A stretch of 64,000 bases of DNA from an uncultured bacterium (GCA_963843795.1 CAWJLW010000006.1:2046001-2110000); one strand, 5' to 3'; shown: positions 40,780 through 51,870, counted from the stretch's first letter. Notes: generated from the letters alone by a model not told the origin. Program-made: numbers and translations.

Positions 40780-43700
40780 TCATTCCTCCCTAAGAACTGT
40801 TTCCAAAACATTTACCAAGTCTTTAACATCAAACGGCTTAGTAATATAGCGTTTAACTCCGGCAGCGAGCAACTTATCGATCTGTTTACGAGTTGCATCC
40901 GCACTTACTATGATAACCGGAATAGAGCGAGTTTTGGGATGAGATTGAAGCTCCTGAAAAACTTCATCGCCTTGAATGTCGGGTAAGTGCAAATCGAGCA
41001 GAATGAGATCAGGCCGATGCTGGCGCGCCAGTTCCAATCCGATACTGCCTTGTATTGCAGTCAACAAGCGAACTTGCGGCATTTCTTTCGTCAAAGTTTC
41101 CATTACGCCCAAATTGGAAGCATTGTCTTCGATATAAAGAAAAGTCAGCGGTCGATCAATTGCCAATAGCGATTCGGTTGCAGGGCCGGTCTTTTGACGG
41201 AAGCCTTCCAAACGGCTCAGGGGGCTTTGGGCCACCGGCAGGTCAATCCAGAAAGTGCTTCCCTGCCCGACGATGCTTTGGATACCGATGTGTCCGTTCA
41301 TCAGTTCCATCAGCCGTTGGACCAAACTCAATCCAATACCGGTGCCTTCGATGTTGGTTTTTTCTGCACCATTGCGCTCGAAAGGTATAAATATTTTGGT
41401 TTGATCCGCAGAAGCGATACCGGGGCCGGTATCACGAACCATGATGCGCCAGTAGTTCGAAGACGCGTCTTCGTGTCTACCTACTTCTTGCAGTGATAGC
41501 GTCACAGTGCCGCCTTCGCGATTGTATTTGATGGCGTTGGACAACAGATTCAGCAACACTTGATTCAAGCGCTGTCGGTCGGCCTGTACAAAGCAGCCTT
41601 TGCGCGGAGGTCGGTCGGCCTGTACAAAGCAGCCTTTGCGCGGAGGAGTGATACTCTCACACTCGTTAACAAGTGATATATGACGTTGCATGGCCAGAGG
41701 CTGCATCAAAGTTAAGGTCTCGCGCAGTAGTGGAAGTACTTCTACCGGCTCGATAGAGATCGATAGGCGACCGGCCTCAATCCTTGCGATTTCCAAAACT
41801 TCATTGATAAGTTGCAGCAAGTGTCGACCGGCTTTGAGAATTTGTTTAACACCTTCATTTTCTTTTTGAGCCAGATTTCGCATTTCCAGAATTTGGCCAA
41901 ATCCCAGAATCGCATTGAGCGGCGTACGCAATTCGTGGCTCATTCGGCTCAAGAATTCACTTTTGGCGAGGTTGGCTTGCTCGGCTTCCTTGCGAGCCAT
42001 CTGCGATTCTTTCACTGCCGTTTCCAGAGCGGCGGTGCGCTCACCGACACGCTCCTCCAGTTCTTCATTACTGCGCTCCAAAATGGCCCGAACTCGTTTG
42101 CTTTCGGAAATGTCGCGCGCGATGGTCGAATAAAAAATGTCGTGGCCCTCGAAATCTTTATGGGCAGTAATGACTTGTGAAACGGGAATTTCGCGCCCAT
42201 CGCGGGCTAGTAAAGCCGTTTCGCCCGACCACGAACCTTTCTGTGAAGCCTGAGGGATTCCAGTATTCAAAATAATTTCATTGGCCCAAGGCGGAGAAAG
42301 AACAGTAAGGTGTTGGCCTTCAGCCGCCTCATCCAACTCCCACCCTAACATCCGACGTCCTGCCGGATTGATGTATTGCATGCAGCCATCGGTATCAGCC
42401 CAACCTACAAAATCAGAAGTTGATTCGAGCAAACCAGCCAAACGGCTTTGTTCTTCTTCAGCCTGCATTCGGTCGGTGATATCCATTGTCACACCACGCA
42501 AGCCAATAGATTCTCCCTGTTCATTCAACACCACTGCACAGTGTGTTTCGGTCCAAATTGTATCACCATCTTTCCTCACCATCCGATACCGCAGCACGCC
42601 CGATTGCCCGTTTTGAATCAGCTCTGCGCTCTGGGCAAAAGTTCGCTCACGGTCATTAGGATGCAGGGCATGTGTCCAGAAATCTGGCTTGCTTAACCAT
42701 TCACTTTGAGAATACCCCAGCATCGTTTCCACGTATTTACTGACGTAAAGCGCTTTTTGTTCCGTAGTTCCCAATTCGATACTGTTTTCCCACACTACTC
42801 CGGGCACATTGCTAAGAATGTCATCCAAGCGACGCCGCTGATGCTCCACCTGAATCGTTAATTCGCCTTGTTCTTGTATCGCTTTATAACGTTCGGTCAC
42901 ATTACGAAAGCTCCATACCCGTCCCACGGCATGATCATTCAATTGTTGAATTTTTGAGTAGCGCTCAAAAACGCGTCCGTCTTTGAAATGTAATAAGTCA
43001 AAAGCACTCCGCTCAGAATCACTCAGCAACTCATAAGAACTTGCTTCAAACTCTTCTGGGTCGTTCAATTGGTCTTTCACAAATTCAATGGCCCGTTGGT
43101 TATCATTCGACTCGATAATATCAGCGGGAATGTGCCACATCGTCACAAACTGTTGGTTCCAGCGCGCCATCTGTCCTTTATCATCAACCACCAGAATTCC
43201 ATCTGCCGTTGATTCCAATGTGGCTTCCAACAAAGCTAATGAGTGCGCCAGTTCTGATTCTGCGATTTTAATATTGGTGATATCGCGTCCCGCTCCGTAC
43301 AACTGGTTCTCAAAAGGCGCCGTAGCCCAAAGAATGTTCTTATAAGAACCGTCATGGCATAGCCAGCGATTAACAAAGTTGATGACAGGCTTACCTTCTG
43401 CAAGCTGCGTCATGGACTTTTTTGAAGCTTCGAGGTCGTCAGGATGAACAAAGTCTAAAGCTTGTTTGCCAATTAACTCAGTGGAGGTATGACCAAGAAT
43501 GGTTTCGAAAGCGGGGTTAATGCGCTGAAAAAAGCCTTCTTTATCTACTACGCAGAGAAGATCAAGCGACAAAGCAAAGAAGCGCTCACGTTCGGCTTCG
43601 GCTTCTTTGCGCGCGGTGATGTCCATAATCATCCCGTTCCACAGCGTGCCGCCGTTGGGAAGTCGCTGCGGACGTGATGTCCCCTGAATCCACCGCACTT

Positions 43701-46233
43701 CTCCCGTGAGTGTTAGGTAACGTCCTTCCCAAATCCAAGGAGTCAAATTGACAGCCGAAACAGCGATACTCTGGTTAAAATCGCTAAGGTCATCAGGAAG
43801 AATATACGTGAGTAAGTATGTAGGCACGGTCTGAAAATCTTCCGGTTCGACACCAAACAATTCTCGACAGCCCTCACTAACGTAGGGCCATTCCACAGAA
43901 CCATCCGGATTTAGTACAAACTGATAGACCATGCCCGGCACGTTGGTCACAATACCATGAAAGCGCTCCTCACTGGCCCGCAAAGCGTTTTCGGCTCGCT
44001 TGCGCTCTGTGATATCGCGCGCGATGGATGAAGCTCCAATGATGTCGCCAGACGCATCTAATATTGGGCTGCTGGAAATGGCCGCGTCAATGATTTCTCC
44101 ATCCTTGCGCACACGCCGAGTCTCAAACGTCGGAATAGATTCTCCTCTTTTCAATCTTTTGAGAATCTCTTCTTCTTCATGATGAAGTTCGGTCGGCAAC
44201 AGCATACTCATATGCTGACCAATGACTTCATCGGACCGATAGCCGTATATCTGTTCAGCGCCCCGATTCCAGCTGGTGATAATGCCTTCGAGTGTCTTAC
44301 TAATAATAGCGTCATGAGAGCTCTCGACAATTGTGGCCAAGCGCGCCTGATTTTCTTCAGCCCGACGTCGCTCGGTAATGTCATGTAGCAGTGAAAGATG
44401 ATTACCGGGCAGGAAATTCGCCACAGCACTGAACTCAACGATGCGGCGCGAGCCGTCGGGCCGCACGAATTTGAGTTCTCCTCTTTGCTGACCTTCGCGC
44501 AAAAATTTTTCTCGCAAAGCCGAAATCGCAGGCCACATTTCAGGAGCCACAAAATTCTGAGCTTTGCAGCCAAGGATTTCTTCTCGGGAGCGGCCCAGAA
44601 GTTCGCATGCCGCGGGATTAGCTTCAATGTAAGATCCGCTATTGTCAGACAGGAGAATCGCATCTTGCACGCATTCAAAAACGGTGCGGAATTTGGTTTC
44701 CTTTTCGGCTAATTCTAACTCGACCAGTTTTTGTTTAGTGATATTTTCATGAGCCACTACCACGCGAACTGGGCCGTCTCCATCGAATTTTGTGATATTG
44801 ACTTGAAACCAGAGTTTCTCTTGCGAAGTGTGACACGGATACTCCAAGTGAAAATCTTCTCGCTCACCCGCGATAATCGCACGAATGGCATCCGCTACAG
44901 CAGCCGCTTCTTCAACCCACTGCCCTTGGGTGCGGTCACAAACGTCCAAATAATTGACGCCGATGCCGCAGTTTTGCTCTGACCCGCCATTATCGCGGGC
45001 AAAGTATTGCCAGCAACGATTGACAGTAAGTATGTTTCCATGCTCGTCCAATACCGCGATATGCGAAGCCAGCGAATCAATCAACGACTGTAAAAATTGT
45101 TGTGACTGATGTCGGCTTTCCTCAGCCCGCTTACGATCACTGATATCTTCGAGAATGCCTAACCCATACAAAGGTTTCCCGGCTTCATTGCGAATTAGTG
45201 AAGCTGTCAGCGCTCCCCATACCACCTGTCGATCTTTGGTCAGATAACGTTTTTCTAAATGGTAGGAAGAAATTTCTCCCGCGAAAAGCTGCTGCATGAA
45301 ATGGGCATCGGCCTCCATATCATCGGGATGCGTAATATCAGCCACTTCCAGCGATTTCAGCTCCTGTGAAGAATAATTTAACAATTGGGACAATCGGGAA
45401 TTAACTTCAACCAGTTGCCCTTCCAAGCTCACTAAAGCGATGGCCACTGGCCCTTCTTCAAAGATAAGGCGGTAGCGTTCATGGCTTTCATGCAGCTCGG
45501 CCTTGGCTTGCTTGTGGCGTGTGATATCGCGAAAGTAGACTGCCAGCCCATCAGGCGAGGGGTAAGCATGAATTTCCAACCACACCTCGAGCGGCGGGTA
45601 GAACATTTCGAAATGAACGGCAACACCTTTCTCGATGGCTTTGTGATATTGAAAATGGACAATGCTGTCGACACTTTCGGGGAACTCATGCCAGAGAATT
45701 TTTCCGATTAATTCTGTCGCTTTGCGTCGCAGAATTCTTTGGGCTTCAGAGTTGAGATAAGTAAATTGCCACTGAGAATCTAAACACAGAAACGCATCGT
45801 TCCTGCTATTCCAAAGGGTGATGATTTCGTGTACAGCTTCTTGGAGATTAACTTCAGAATGTTGGGGTGCAGGGCTGGGGCGCTCTACAGCGATAAGAGT
45901 TTCAGTATCGCCACGCTCATTGAAACACGGGGCGGCATAAAGAGTGGAAGATTTTCCATTCAAGAAAAACTCAAACTCCATAGTTTCCCCTGAGAGTACG
46001 CGACGATAAAAAGGCTCAACCTGTTTGGTTAATTCATCTGGAAACTTTTCAAAAAGAGTTTTACCAACGAGAATTGCTGGCTCTAATCCTTTTTCTTTCC
46101 AACCATCACCTGCCGCAAATAGGAAACGCAGATGACGATCAAAAATACTTACAGAACTACTGCAAGCGTTAAGAAGAACGCCGAGAATTAACTCATTCGC
46201 CACCTTTTCAGCTAATCCCGCTTGAGGTTCCAT
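40780..46233 (-). CDS. Multi-PAS hybrid sensor histidine kinase with C-terminal receiver
   Basis: Many PAS/PAC repeats (HPDD, DIT/DIS); FLSRMSHELRTPLN, NLLSNAIKY, DTGPGI, GTGIGL; REC DLHLP. Confidence 0.95.
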   Translation of the reverse strand: MEPQAGLAEKVANELILGVLLNACSSSVSIFDRHLRFLFAAGDGWKEKGLEPAILVGKTLFEKFPDELTKQVEPFYRRVLSGETMEFEFFLNGKSSTLYAAPCFNERGDTETLIAVERPSPAPQHSEVNLQEAVHEIITLWNSRNDAFLCLDSQWQFTYLNSEAQRILRRKATELIGKILWHEFPESVDSIVHFQYHKAIEKGVAVHFEMFYPPLEVWLEIHAYPSPDGLAVYFRDITRHKQAKAELHESHERYRLIFEEGPVAIALVSLEGQLVEVNSRLSQLLNYSSQELKSLEVADITHPDDMEADAHFMQQLFAGEISSYHLEKRYLTKDRQVVWGALTASLIRNEAGKPLYGLGILEDISDRKRAEESRHQSQQFLQSLIDSLASHIAVLDEHGNILTVNRCWQYFARDNGGSEQNCGIGVNYLDVCDRTQGQWVEEAAAVADAIRAIIAGEREDFHLEYPCHTSQEKLWFQVNITKFDGDGPVRVVVAHENITKQKLVELELAEKETKFRTVFECVQDAILLSDNSGSYIEANPAACELLGRSREEILGCKAQNFVAPEMWPAISALREKFLREGQQRGELKFVRPDGSRRIVEFSAVANFLPGNHLSLLHDITERRRAEENQARLATIVESSHDAIISKTLEGIITSWNRGAEQIYGYRSDEVIGQHMSMLLPTELHHEEEEILKRLKRGESIPTFETRRVRKDGEIIDAAISSSPILDASGDIIGASSIARDITERKRAENALRASEERFHGIVTNVPGMVYQFVLNPDGSVEWPYVSEGCRELFGVEPEDFQTVPTYLLTYILPDDLSDFNQSIAVSAVNLTPWIWEGRYLTLTGEVRWIQGTSRPQRLPNGGTLWNGMIMDITARKEAEAERERFFALSLDLLCVVDKEGFFQRINPAFETILGHTSTELIGKQALDFVHPDDLEASKKSMTQLAEGKPVINFVNRWLCHDGSYKNILWATAPFENQLYGAGRDITNIKIAESELAHSLALLEATLESTADGILVVDDKGQMARWNQQFVTMWHIPADIIESNDNQRAIEFVKDQLNDPEEFEASSYELLSDSERSAFDLLHFKDGRVFERYSKIQQLNDHAVGRVWSFRNVTERYKAIQEQGELTIQVEHQRRRLDDILSNVPGVVWENSIELGTTEQKALYVSKYVETMLGYSQSEWLSKPDFWTHALHPNDRERTFAQSAELIQNGQSGVLRYRMVRKDGDTIWTETHCAVVLNEQGESIGLRGVTMDITDRMQAEEEQSRLAGLLESTSDFVGWADTDGCMQYINPAGRRMLGWELDEAAEGQHLTVLSPPWANEIILNTGIPQASQKGSWSGETALLARDGREIPVSQVITAHKDFEGHDIFYSTIARDISESKRVRAILERSNEELEERVGERTAALETAVKESQMARKEAEQANLAKSEFLSRMSHELRTPLNAILGFGQILEMRNLAQKENEGVKQILKAGRHLLQLINEVLEIARIEAGRLSISIEPVEVLPLLRETLTLMQPLAMQRHISLVNECESITPPRKGCFVQADRPPRKGCFVQADRQRLNQVLLNLLSNAIKYNREGGTVTLSLQEVGRHEDASSNYWRIMVRDTGPGIASADQTKIFIPFERNGAEKTNIEGTGIGLSLVQRLMELMNGHIGIQSIVGQGSTFWIDLPVAQSPLSRLEGFRQKTGPATESLLAIDRPLTFLYIEDNASNLGVMETLTKEMPQVRLLTAIQGSIGLELARQHRPDLILLDLHLPDIQGDEVFQELQSHPKTRSIPVIIVSADATRKQIDKLLAAGVKRYITKPFDVKDLVNVLETVLREE
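41575..41646. repeat. Perfect 36-bp in-frame tandem duplication
   Basis: TCGGTCGGCCTGTACAAAGCAGCCTTTGCGCGGAGG x2, encoding PPRKGCFVQADR x2. Confidence 0.95.
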
Positions 46234-46381
46234 AGCAGCTCCATTTCACATGAGACACAAATAGAATTCTATTGACAATTGCCAAAATCACATATGTACG
46301 GCTATGATTGCCAAATCAACATTAGCTTTGAATGAAGGAACGGTTCGTCGAGAAAAGATATGTAGAACTATCTGCAAGTAC

Positions 46382-47068
46382 TTAATTCAGCGAAATAAAG
46401 GAAGCGAAGGGGCCACTGTCGTCGTCGCGGTCGATAGTCGGTTCGCTTTGCTTGCGGGTGTAAGCACGCTGCACGATTTCACCACGCAGTAAAAAGGCGC
46501 GCTCGATTTGTAAACGCGCTGCGGTCGAGGTCAACTCCAGCAGCTCCTGTTTTTGCGGGTTCGGTAAAGTAATGAGCGACGCGACCCACATCGACAAACC
46601 ATAAGCGTCTTGGGGCACGTCTAAATCATCAAAATCGTGCGCTGATAAGTTGGCGTTGCGCGCCAGTGACATCAAATAAGAGCGAAGCGAAGCGCGCACG
46701 CGGCGAATTTGCGAAGGTGCTACTTCTCCCGCTTCGTCTTCCAACCATTCGCAGGTTCCGACCAGATAGCCATCTTCCTCGCGCAGTTGCAAAATTCGAA
46801 AACGGCGGCGGCCCACAGTGAGCAGGTTCAAACGGCCATCGGGAAAGCTGGTGTTTTCGATGATTTCCGCCGTGCAACCAATGCTCGATGGATAAGTTCC
46901 CGGCACGCCTTCTTCGCCCTCGAGCAGCAAAGCCACACCAAAAGTGGCGTCGTCATCGAGCACACGCCGCGTCATCAAACGATAGCGCGGCTCAAAAATA
47001 TGCAACGGCAGTTGCATTCCGGGAAATAAAACCACATTAAGTGGAAAGAGTGGGATCTCAAACGACAT
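46382..47068 (-). CDS. LON peptidase substrate-binding (N-terminal) domain protein
   Basis: IPLFPLNVVLFPGMQLPLHIFEPRYR, DGR, GRRRF. Confidence 0.9.
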   Translation of the reverse strand: MSFEIPLFPLNVVLFPGMQLPLHIFEPRYRLMTRRVLDDDATFGVALLLEGEEGVPGTYPSSIGCTAEIIENTSFPDGRLNLLTVGRRRFRILQLREEDGYLVGTCEWLEDEAGEVAPSQIRRVRASLRSYLMSLARNANLSAHDFDDLDVPQDAYGLSMWVASLITLPNPQKQELLELTSTAARLQIERAFLLRGEIVQRAYTRKQSEPTIDRDDDSGPFASFISLN

Positions 47069-47115
47069 AAGTAAAACGACCTCGAAAGCCCACATTCAAA
47101 ATCGAATTTCGTGTT

Positions 47116-47514
47116 TCAACCTTCGACAATAGCAGCTTCGATTTGCGCCATTGAAACCTCTTCGAGCGGATGTGGGCGATTATTTTCATCGACGAACACA
47201 ACACGCGGTTGCAATTGTCGCGCCTCATCATCATTGCAATGGCCATAAGCGATCACAATAATTACATCGCCCACTTCGCCGCGATGCGCTGCGGCGCCGT
47301 TCAAACACATTACGCCGCTGCCGCGCTCGCCTTCAATCGCATACGTTACTAAACGTTGTCCGTTGGTGACATTCACGACGTGAATCTGTTCGTACGGCAG
47401 AATATCACTGCGTTCGAGCAGATCGACATCAATGGTCAGTGAACCAACATAATCGAGATTGGCCTCAGTTATGCGTGCCCGATGAATTTTTCCTTTACAC
47501 ATCACCCGTAACAT
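47116..47514 (-). CDS. panD: Aspartate 1-decarboxylase
   Basis: [13 protein letters not shown] (G-S cleavage site), [13 protein letters not shown]. Confidence 0.96.
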   Translation of the reverse strand: MLRVMCKGKIHRARITEANLDYVGSLTIDVDLLERSDILPYEQIHVVNVTNGQRLVTYAIEGERGSGVMCLNGAAAHRGEVGDVIIVIAYGHCNDDEARQLQPRVVFVDENNRPHPLEEVSMAQIEAAIVEG

Positions 47515-47525
47515 TCAGTTCTCCC

Positions 47526-47984
47526 TTACCATTTTAAATCGGTAGGCTCCACCCAACCGCCCTGCAAAACGTCCAACAAAGGTCTCAGCACAAACGCCCG
47601 AAAAGCGATTCTGGGATGTGGTAATTCCAAACGCGCATCGCTGAGTTGCCGTTCGCCAAAAAGCAAAATATCAATATCCAAAACGCGCGCACCGTGCCGA
47701 TGCGTTCCCGCAAGGCTCGGTTCGCGCCCGCATTCGATTTCGATGCGCTGCGTCACATCCAACAAGTTGTGCGGCGACAAAGCGGTTTCGATGCGCAGCG
47801 CGGCATTGAGAAAATCATCCTCGCCGCCGCCTTCAACGCTTTGCGTGCGATAGATTTGCGAACGCGCCAAAATTTCAATTTGTGGCTGAGCTTGCAACTG
47901 CGCCACAGCAAAACGCAAATTTCCCAGCGCGTCGCCGTGCGCGGAATTTTGGTTTGAACCAAGCGCGAGATACGCAGTTGTCAT
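47526..47984 (-). CDS. folK: 2-amino-4-hydroxy-6-hydroxymethyldihydropteridine diphosphokinase
   Basis: YLALGSN, FLNAA, RVLDIDIL, LPHPR, RAFVLRPL. Confidence 0.95.
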   Translation of the reverse strand: MTTAYLALGSNQNSAHGDALGNLRFAVAQLQAQPQIEILARSQIYRTQSVEGGGEDDFLNAALRIETALSPHNLLDVTQRIEIECGREPSLAGTHRHGARVLDIDILLFGERQLSDARLELPHPRIAFRAFVLRPLLDVLQGGWVEPTDLKW

Positions 47985-48367
47985 GCGTCATCATCTTCAT
48001 CATCGCGTGTGCGCGTGATTTCGATGCCGAGATAATCCAATGCGCCCGGAACCGCGACATGCGGTTTGCGAATGCGCACCCACGCCGATTCCACGCGCTC
48101 GTCTTCCAAAGCAAAAGCCGCGATGCGACCGGCGAGCGATTCCAATAATTGCGCCGACGGGCCTTCGATGATGTCGCGCGCGGCGTTATAAAGCGCGATG
48201 TAATCAACGGTATCGTTCATATCGTCGCTCTGCTCGGCCTGCGATAAATCGCATTCCAATTCGATATCGACGGTGAACTTCTGCCCCAATTCTTTTTCCG
48301 CTTCGTGACAGCCGTGCCGCCCGAAGAAAACCAACCCATTTAATAAAACTCGATCCATAAAAGCCAT
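47981..48367 (-). CDS. folB: Dihydroneopterin aldolase
   Basis: FGRHG...E...GQKF, DTVDY, LLESLA, KP. Confidence 0.95.
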   Translation of the reverse strand: MAFMDRVLLNGLVFFGRHGCHEAEKELGQKFTVDIELECDLSQAEQSDDMNDTVDYIALYNAARDIIEGPSAQLLESLAGRIAAFALEDERVESAWVRIRKPHVAVPGALDYLGIEITRTRDDEDDDA

Positions 48368-48388
48368 TTTATCGTATTAACCAAACCC

Positions 48389-48422
48389 AAAAGCACGCTG
48401 CAAGTACTTGCAGCGTGCTTTT
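48389..48422. terminator. 34-bp perfect palindrome centred on GCAAGTACTTGC; terminator-like
   Basis: AAAAGCACGCTGCAAGT|ACTTGCAGCGTGCTTTT downstream of the BSP gene. Confidence 0.8.
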
Positions 48423-48485
48423 TTAGTTTTCACAGTTGTGAGATTTCGTTTAACGCCTGGGCTGAGTTTAATGTAGCACTGCCGA

Positions 48486-50192
48486 TTATTTCGCAATGCT
48501 AACGCCAAGAACTTTCACGTTGGGATTGTTCGGCAAGGTCAGACTTTTCACGGTTTTGTTGGCGTCCAGTGCGAAGCCGTAGCTATACGCGAAGAACACG
48601 CGCGGGTCGCGCGAACCGTCGGCCATGTTGCGATAATCCATCTTCACGGCGCGGCTTTCGCCGGGGAAGTTGCGCGGCTGATACCAATCGCTGAAGTTTT
48701 GCGCCAGCGTTTGTGTCGTGCCATCGGTGTAAGTCACGGTCATCGTCTGCGCCATCTGATTGCCTTCGACCGCAGCGGCCAAAAGCCACAACGAAGCGAA
48801 TTTGCCGTTGGGCAGCGCGACGACTTGTCCTTCGCTCGAAACGATGTTGTTGCCGGTCGCAGGGCCGATGTTGAACTTCACGTTCTGATTGGTTTGCGTC
48901 GCGCCCAGCAAATTCGCCGAGAACGAAGCGCCGCCCATATCGAAGCCAACCGTATCGCCAAACAAGGTTTCATCTTTGACAAAGCCCGACGCGTTGAACG
49001 CGGCTTTCAAATCGACCGGCGTGCTGGCATTGACCGCGACGACTGGCAAAGTGCGCGGACGGTCGGCGGCGGCAAGCGGCGATGTGATGATATTGACCGG
49101 ATCGGCGGTGTAAGCGGCGGTAAATTCGGTCCACAGCGCGTCGATATCTTTACCGCATAACTGCTTGAACATATCGTTGTTGTATTTGCCAAAGCGCACC
49201 GCGTTGTTGAGCTTGGTGACCAGCTTGCTGTCGTAATGCATTTCACACCACGCCAGAAAAGTGCCGGTCGTGCGATAGGAATCGCTATATTTCGCGGTCT
49301 TGACGTTGATGTTGGGCTTGTGATTCTGCGGCTCGAACTTGACCCAGCGAATGTAGTCGGCCACGCCTTCGATGAGCCAAACCGGATTATACGCGCTCAT
49401 GCTTTGAACAACGTGCGCCATTTCGTGAACCGCCAATCCGGTATCGTTGGGCTGTTTGCGGCACCACGCAGTGTTAATCGTCATCACGCCGCCGCCAGTC
49501 GCCGCGACCGGCGTTACGTTGGGGCCGGTTGTGTAAATGACGTTGACTTTGTTTGGCGTGATAAAACCATCGGAATACAAAAGCGCCTGGGCGTCGGGCC
49601 AGAATTCTTCCATCTGATCTTCGGCGCGTTTGGCCCAATCAGCCAAATCGGGCGCTTGCGAAAGGTCGGTGAAGCCGCGTCCCGGCCCAATCAAAGCATT
49701 GGTCGGTTTTTCGGGCGAATCGAGCGTGATTTCGCGCAGCAACAATGAAGGCAAACCGCGACGATTATTCAAACGAATTTTCAAGCCCGCAATCGGTGTC
49801 GCGTCCGGCAAAGTCGCTTGCGCGACACCTTTGCTATCGAAAGTGGCGGCAGTTTTGTAGGTTTCGCCATCGGACGAAATTTCGACGCGGCCTGAGGTCA
49901 GCAAATCGTCGCCCTGCGGACTGCCGGTCGTGATTTTCAAAGAACGCACGATAATCGGTTTGGAAAGTAAAACTTGAAAATCGTCGCCATCGCTCATGCC
50001 ATACACCGACTGGAAGTAAGTATTTTCATCGCCATCCATCGCCATTTCGGGGCGGTGACTGGAAGTCGATGGCATGGTCGAATACAAAAACGCGCTCACC
50101 TTGGCGTCTTGCGCCCTGACGGGTAACGTCGAAGCCGCAGCGCAAAGCACGGCAGCCGCGAAAAAAGTGCGGCGAAAAGCAAAATGATTCAT
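48486..50192 (-). CDS. Secreted basic secretory protein (BSP)-like metallopeptidase with flanking beta-sandwich modules
   Basis: Signal peptide; discoidin-like AMDGDENTYFQS; HEMAHVVQ...WLIEGVADYIR. Confidence 0.8.
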   Translation of the reverse strand: MNHFAFRRTFFAAAVLCAAASTLPVRAQDAKVSAFLYSTMPSTSSHRPEMAMDGDENTYFQSVYGMSDGDDFQVLLSKPIIVRSLKITTGSPQGDDLLTSGRVEISSDGETYKTAATFDSKGVAQATLPDATPIAGLKIRLNNRRGLPSLLLREITLDSPEKPTNALIGPGRGFTDLSQAPDLADWAKRAEDQMEEFWPDAQALLYSDGFITPNKVNVIYTTGPNVTPVAATGGGVMTINTAWCRKQPNDTGLAVHEMAHVVQSMSAYNPVWLIEGVADYIRWVKFEPQNHKPNINVKTAKYSDSYRTTGTFLAWCEMHYDSKLVTKLNNAVRFGKYNNDMFKQLCGKDIDALWTEFTAAYTADPVNIITSPLAAADRPRTLPVVAVNASTPVDLKAAFNASGFVKDETLFGDTVGFDMGGASFSANLLGATQTNQNVKFNIGPATGNNIVSSEGQVVALPNGKFASLWLLAAAVEGNQMAQTMTVTYTDGTTQTLAQNFSDWYQPRNFPGESRAVKMDYRNMADGSRDPRVFFAYSYGFALDANKTVKSLTLPNNPNVKVLGVSIAK

Positions 50193-50402
50193 CGTTTAAA
50201 CCCCTTGAAATTCAATAAAACGCATAGCAAGTACTTGCTATGTGCTTGCAATGCTCGTCATCTCAACAATCAGTTTATATTGATTAGTAAACAGAAGCGC
50301 ACCGCTTCGCAATGTGAGTGACATGCATTGTTAATGCGTTTCACTGCCGGTGATAGTCCCGGAATGCGCGCGACAGTAAGAATCATGCTGGCAACTGAAT
50401 TT

Positions 50403-51479
50403 TCAAGCGATGGGCAAAAAGGAATGGGCGCCAAACTTCAAGGCTTCGACCGAAAACGTGCGCGTTGCCACAGCAGAAATTTGCCATTGATGAAATGCTG
50501 CCATAGCAATCATCGCCGCGTTATCGGTGCACAAAATTGATGGCGGCACCACAAACGCAATTTCGTGTTGCTCGGCAATCGCGCCGAGTTTTTCGCGCAG
50601 GTATCCGTTGGCCGCGACGCCACCACAAACTCCCAGCGTGCGCGGCTTGAATTCTTCCAACGCGCGCGCCACGACATTTTCCAACTGCTGCACCGCGACG
50701 CGCTGAAAGCTGGCTGCGATGTCGGCGGTGCGCTGGTTTTCATCGCTGCAAGTACTTGCAGCCGAATTTTTGCGTTGTTTATCGCTTCCGCGCGCGGCTT
50801 GTGACGCGGCGGTTTTAAGACCGGAATAAGAAACATCGAACGAAGGCGCGATGTCGCTGACGGTAAAATTGAACGCTTTGGCATCTCCGGTTGGCGCGAT
50901 TTTTTCCAGATTCGGCCCGCCCGGCAACGGCAATTGCAACGCGCGCGCGACTTTATCAAAGGCTTCACCAATCGCATCATCGCGCGTGCGTCCCAAACGC
51001 TGATATTCGCCTGGCGCTTTCATCAACAATAAATCGCTGTGACCTCCGCTGACGACCAGTGCGAGAAAGGGAAACTGCAAATCGGGCTCAGTCAAAAAAC
51101 ACGAAGCGACGTGGCCCGCGACGTGATTGACAGGCAAACAAGGCACGCGATGCGCGTAGCTGAGGGCTTTGGCGGTCGCGACGCCGACCAAAAGCGCGCC
51201 CGCCAAACCCGGCCCATGCGTCACGCCAATGAGATCAATTTCGTCCCACGCCACGCCCGTTTCCTGATGCAACTTTTCCACCAAGGGAGGCAAGGCTTCG
51301 AGATGGCCACGCGAAGCGATTTCGGGCACCACGCCACCAAATTCCTGATGCAACGAAATTTGCGACGCGATTAAATTTGCCACAATTTCCGCGCGCGCCA
51401 CGCCCGCGCCATCAATTTCCACATTCAACAACGCCACGCTGCTTTCGTCGCAACTGGTTTCAATGCCCAAAACTTTCAT
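50403..51479 (-). CDS. tsaD: tRNA N6-threonylcarbamoyltransferase TsaD
   Basis: GIETSCDE, GGVVPEIASR, HVAGH, SGGH, DDAIGEAFDK, SYSGLKT, CTDNAAMI. Confidence 0.96.
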   Translation of the reverse strand: MKVLGIETSCDESSVALLNVEIDGAGVARAEIVANLIASQISLHQEFGGVVPEIASRGHLEALPPLVEKLHQETGVAWDEIDLIGVTHGPGLAGALLVGVATAKALSYAHRVPCLPVNHVAGHVASCFLTEPDLQFPFLALVVSGGHSDLLLMKAPGEYQRLGRTRDDAIGEAFDKVARALQLPLPGGPNLEKIAPTGDAKAFNFTVSDIAPSFDVSYSGLKTAASQAARGSDKQRKNSAASTCSDENQRTADIAASFQRVAVQQLENVVARALEEFKPRTLGVCGGVAANGYLREKLGAIAEQHEIAFVVPPSILCTDNAAMIAMAAFHQWQISAVATRTFSVEALKFGAHSFLPIA

Positions 51480-51870
51480 AATTATCCGTTGGCTTCATTC
51501 AATTAGCAGCACGAGTGTAGAAGTTCACCTAATTTCTACCAAGCGCGTGGCAAGTACTTGCACCGGCTTTGAGCGCGATTTCGCCCTGCTCATTACAGCA
51601 TTGCCATAAAATATTGCACGCGCGGCGCAAAAATATCGTTTTTATCGCTTGCGCCCTTGCCGTGTCGCGCCTTTATCGTTGAACTATTGGTGCGTTTTCA
51701 GGTTTGGCTTGCCAGCCGAAGCGAATTTTTTGTAGAAAATAAAAGTCTCACAGCACTCGCGCAGGCCACTCATTTGCGGCGCGGACTGTCACTGAAACTG
51801 TCATTAACCAGAGGAGAACATCGTTATTCCAAGCACCGCAGAAATCCTGTCGCCCGCAGAGGCACCTCAT

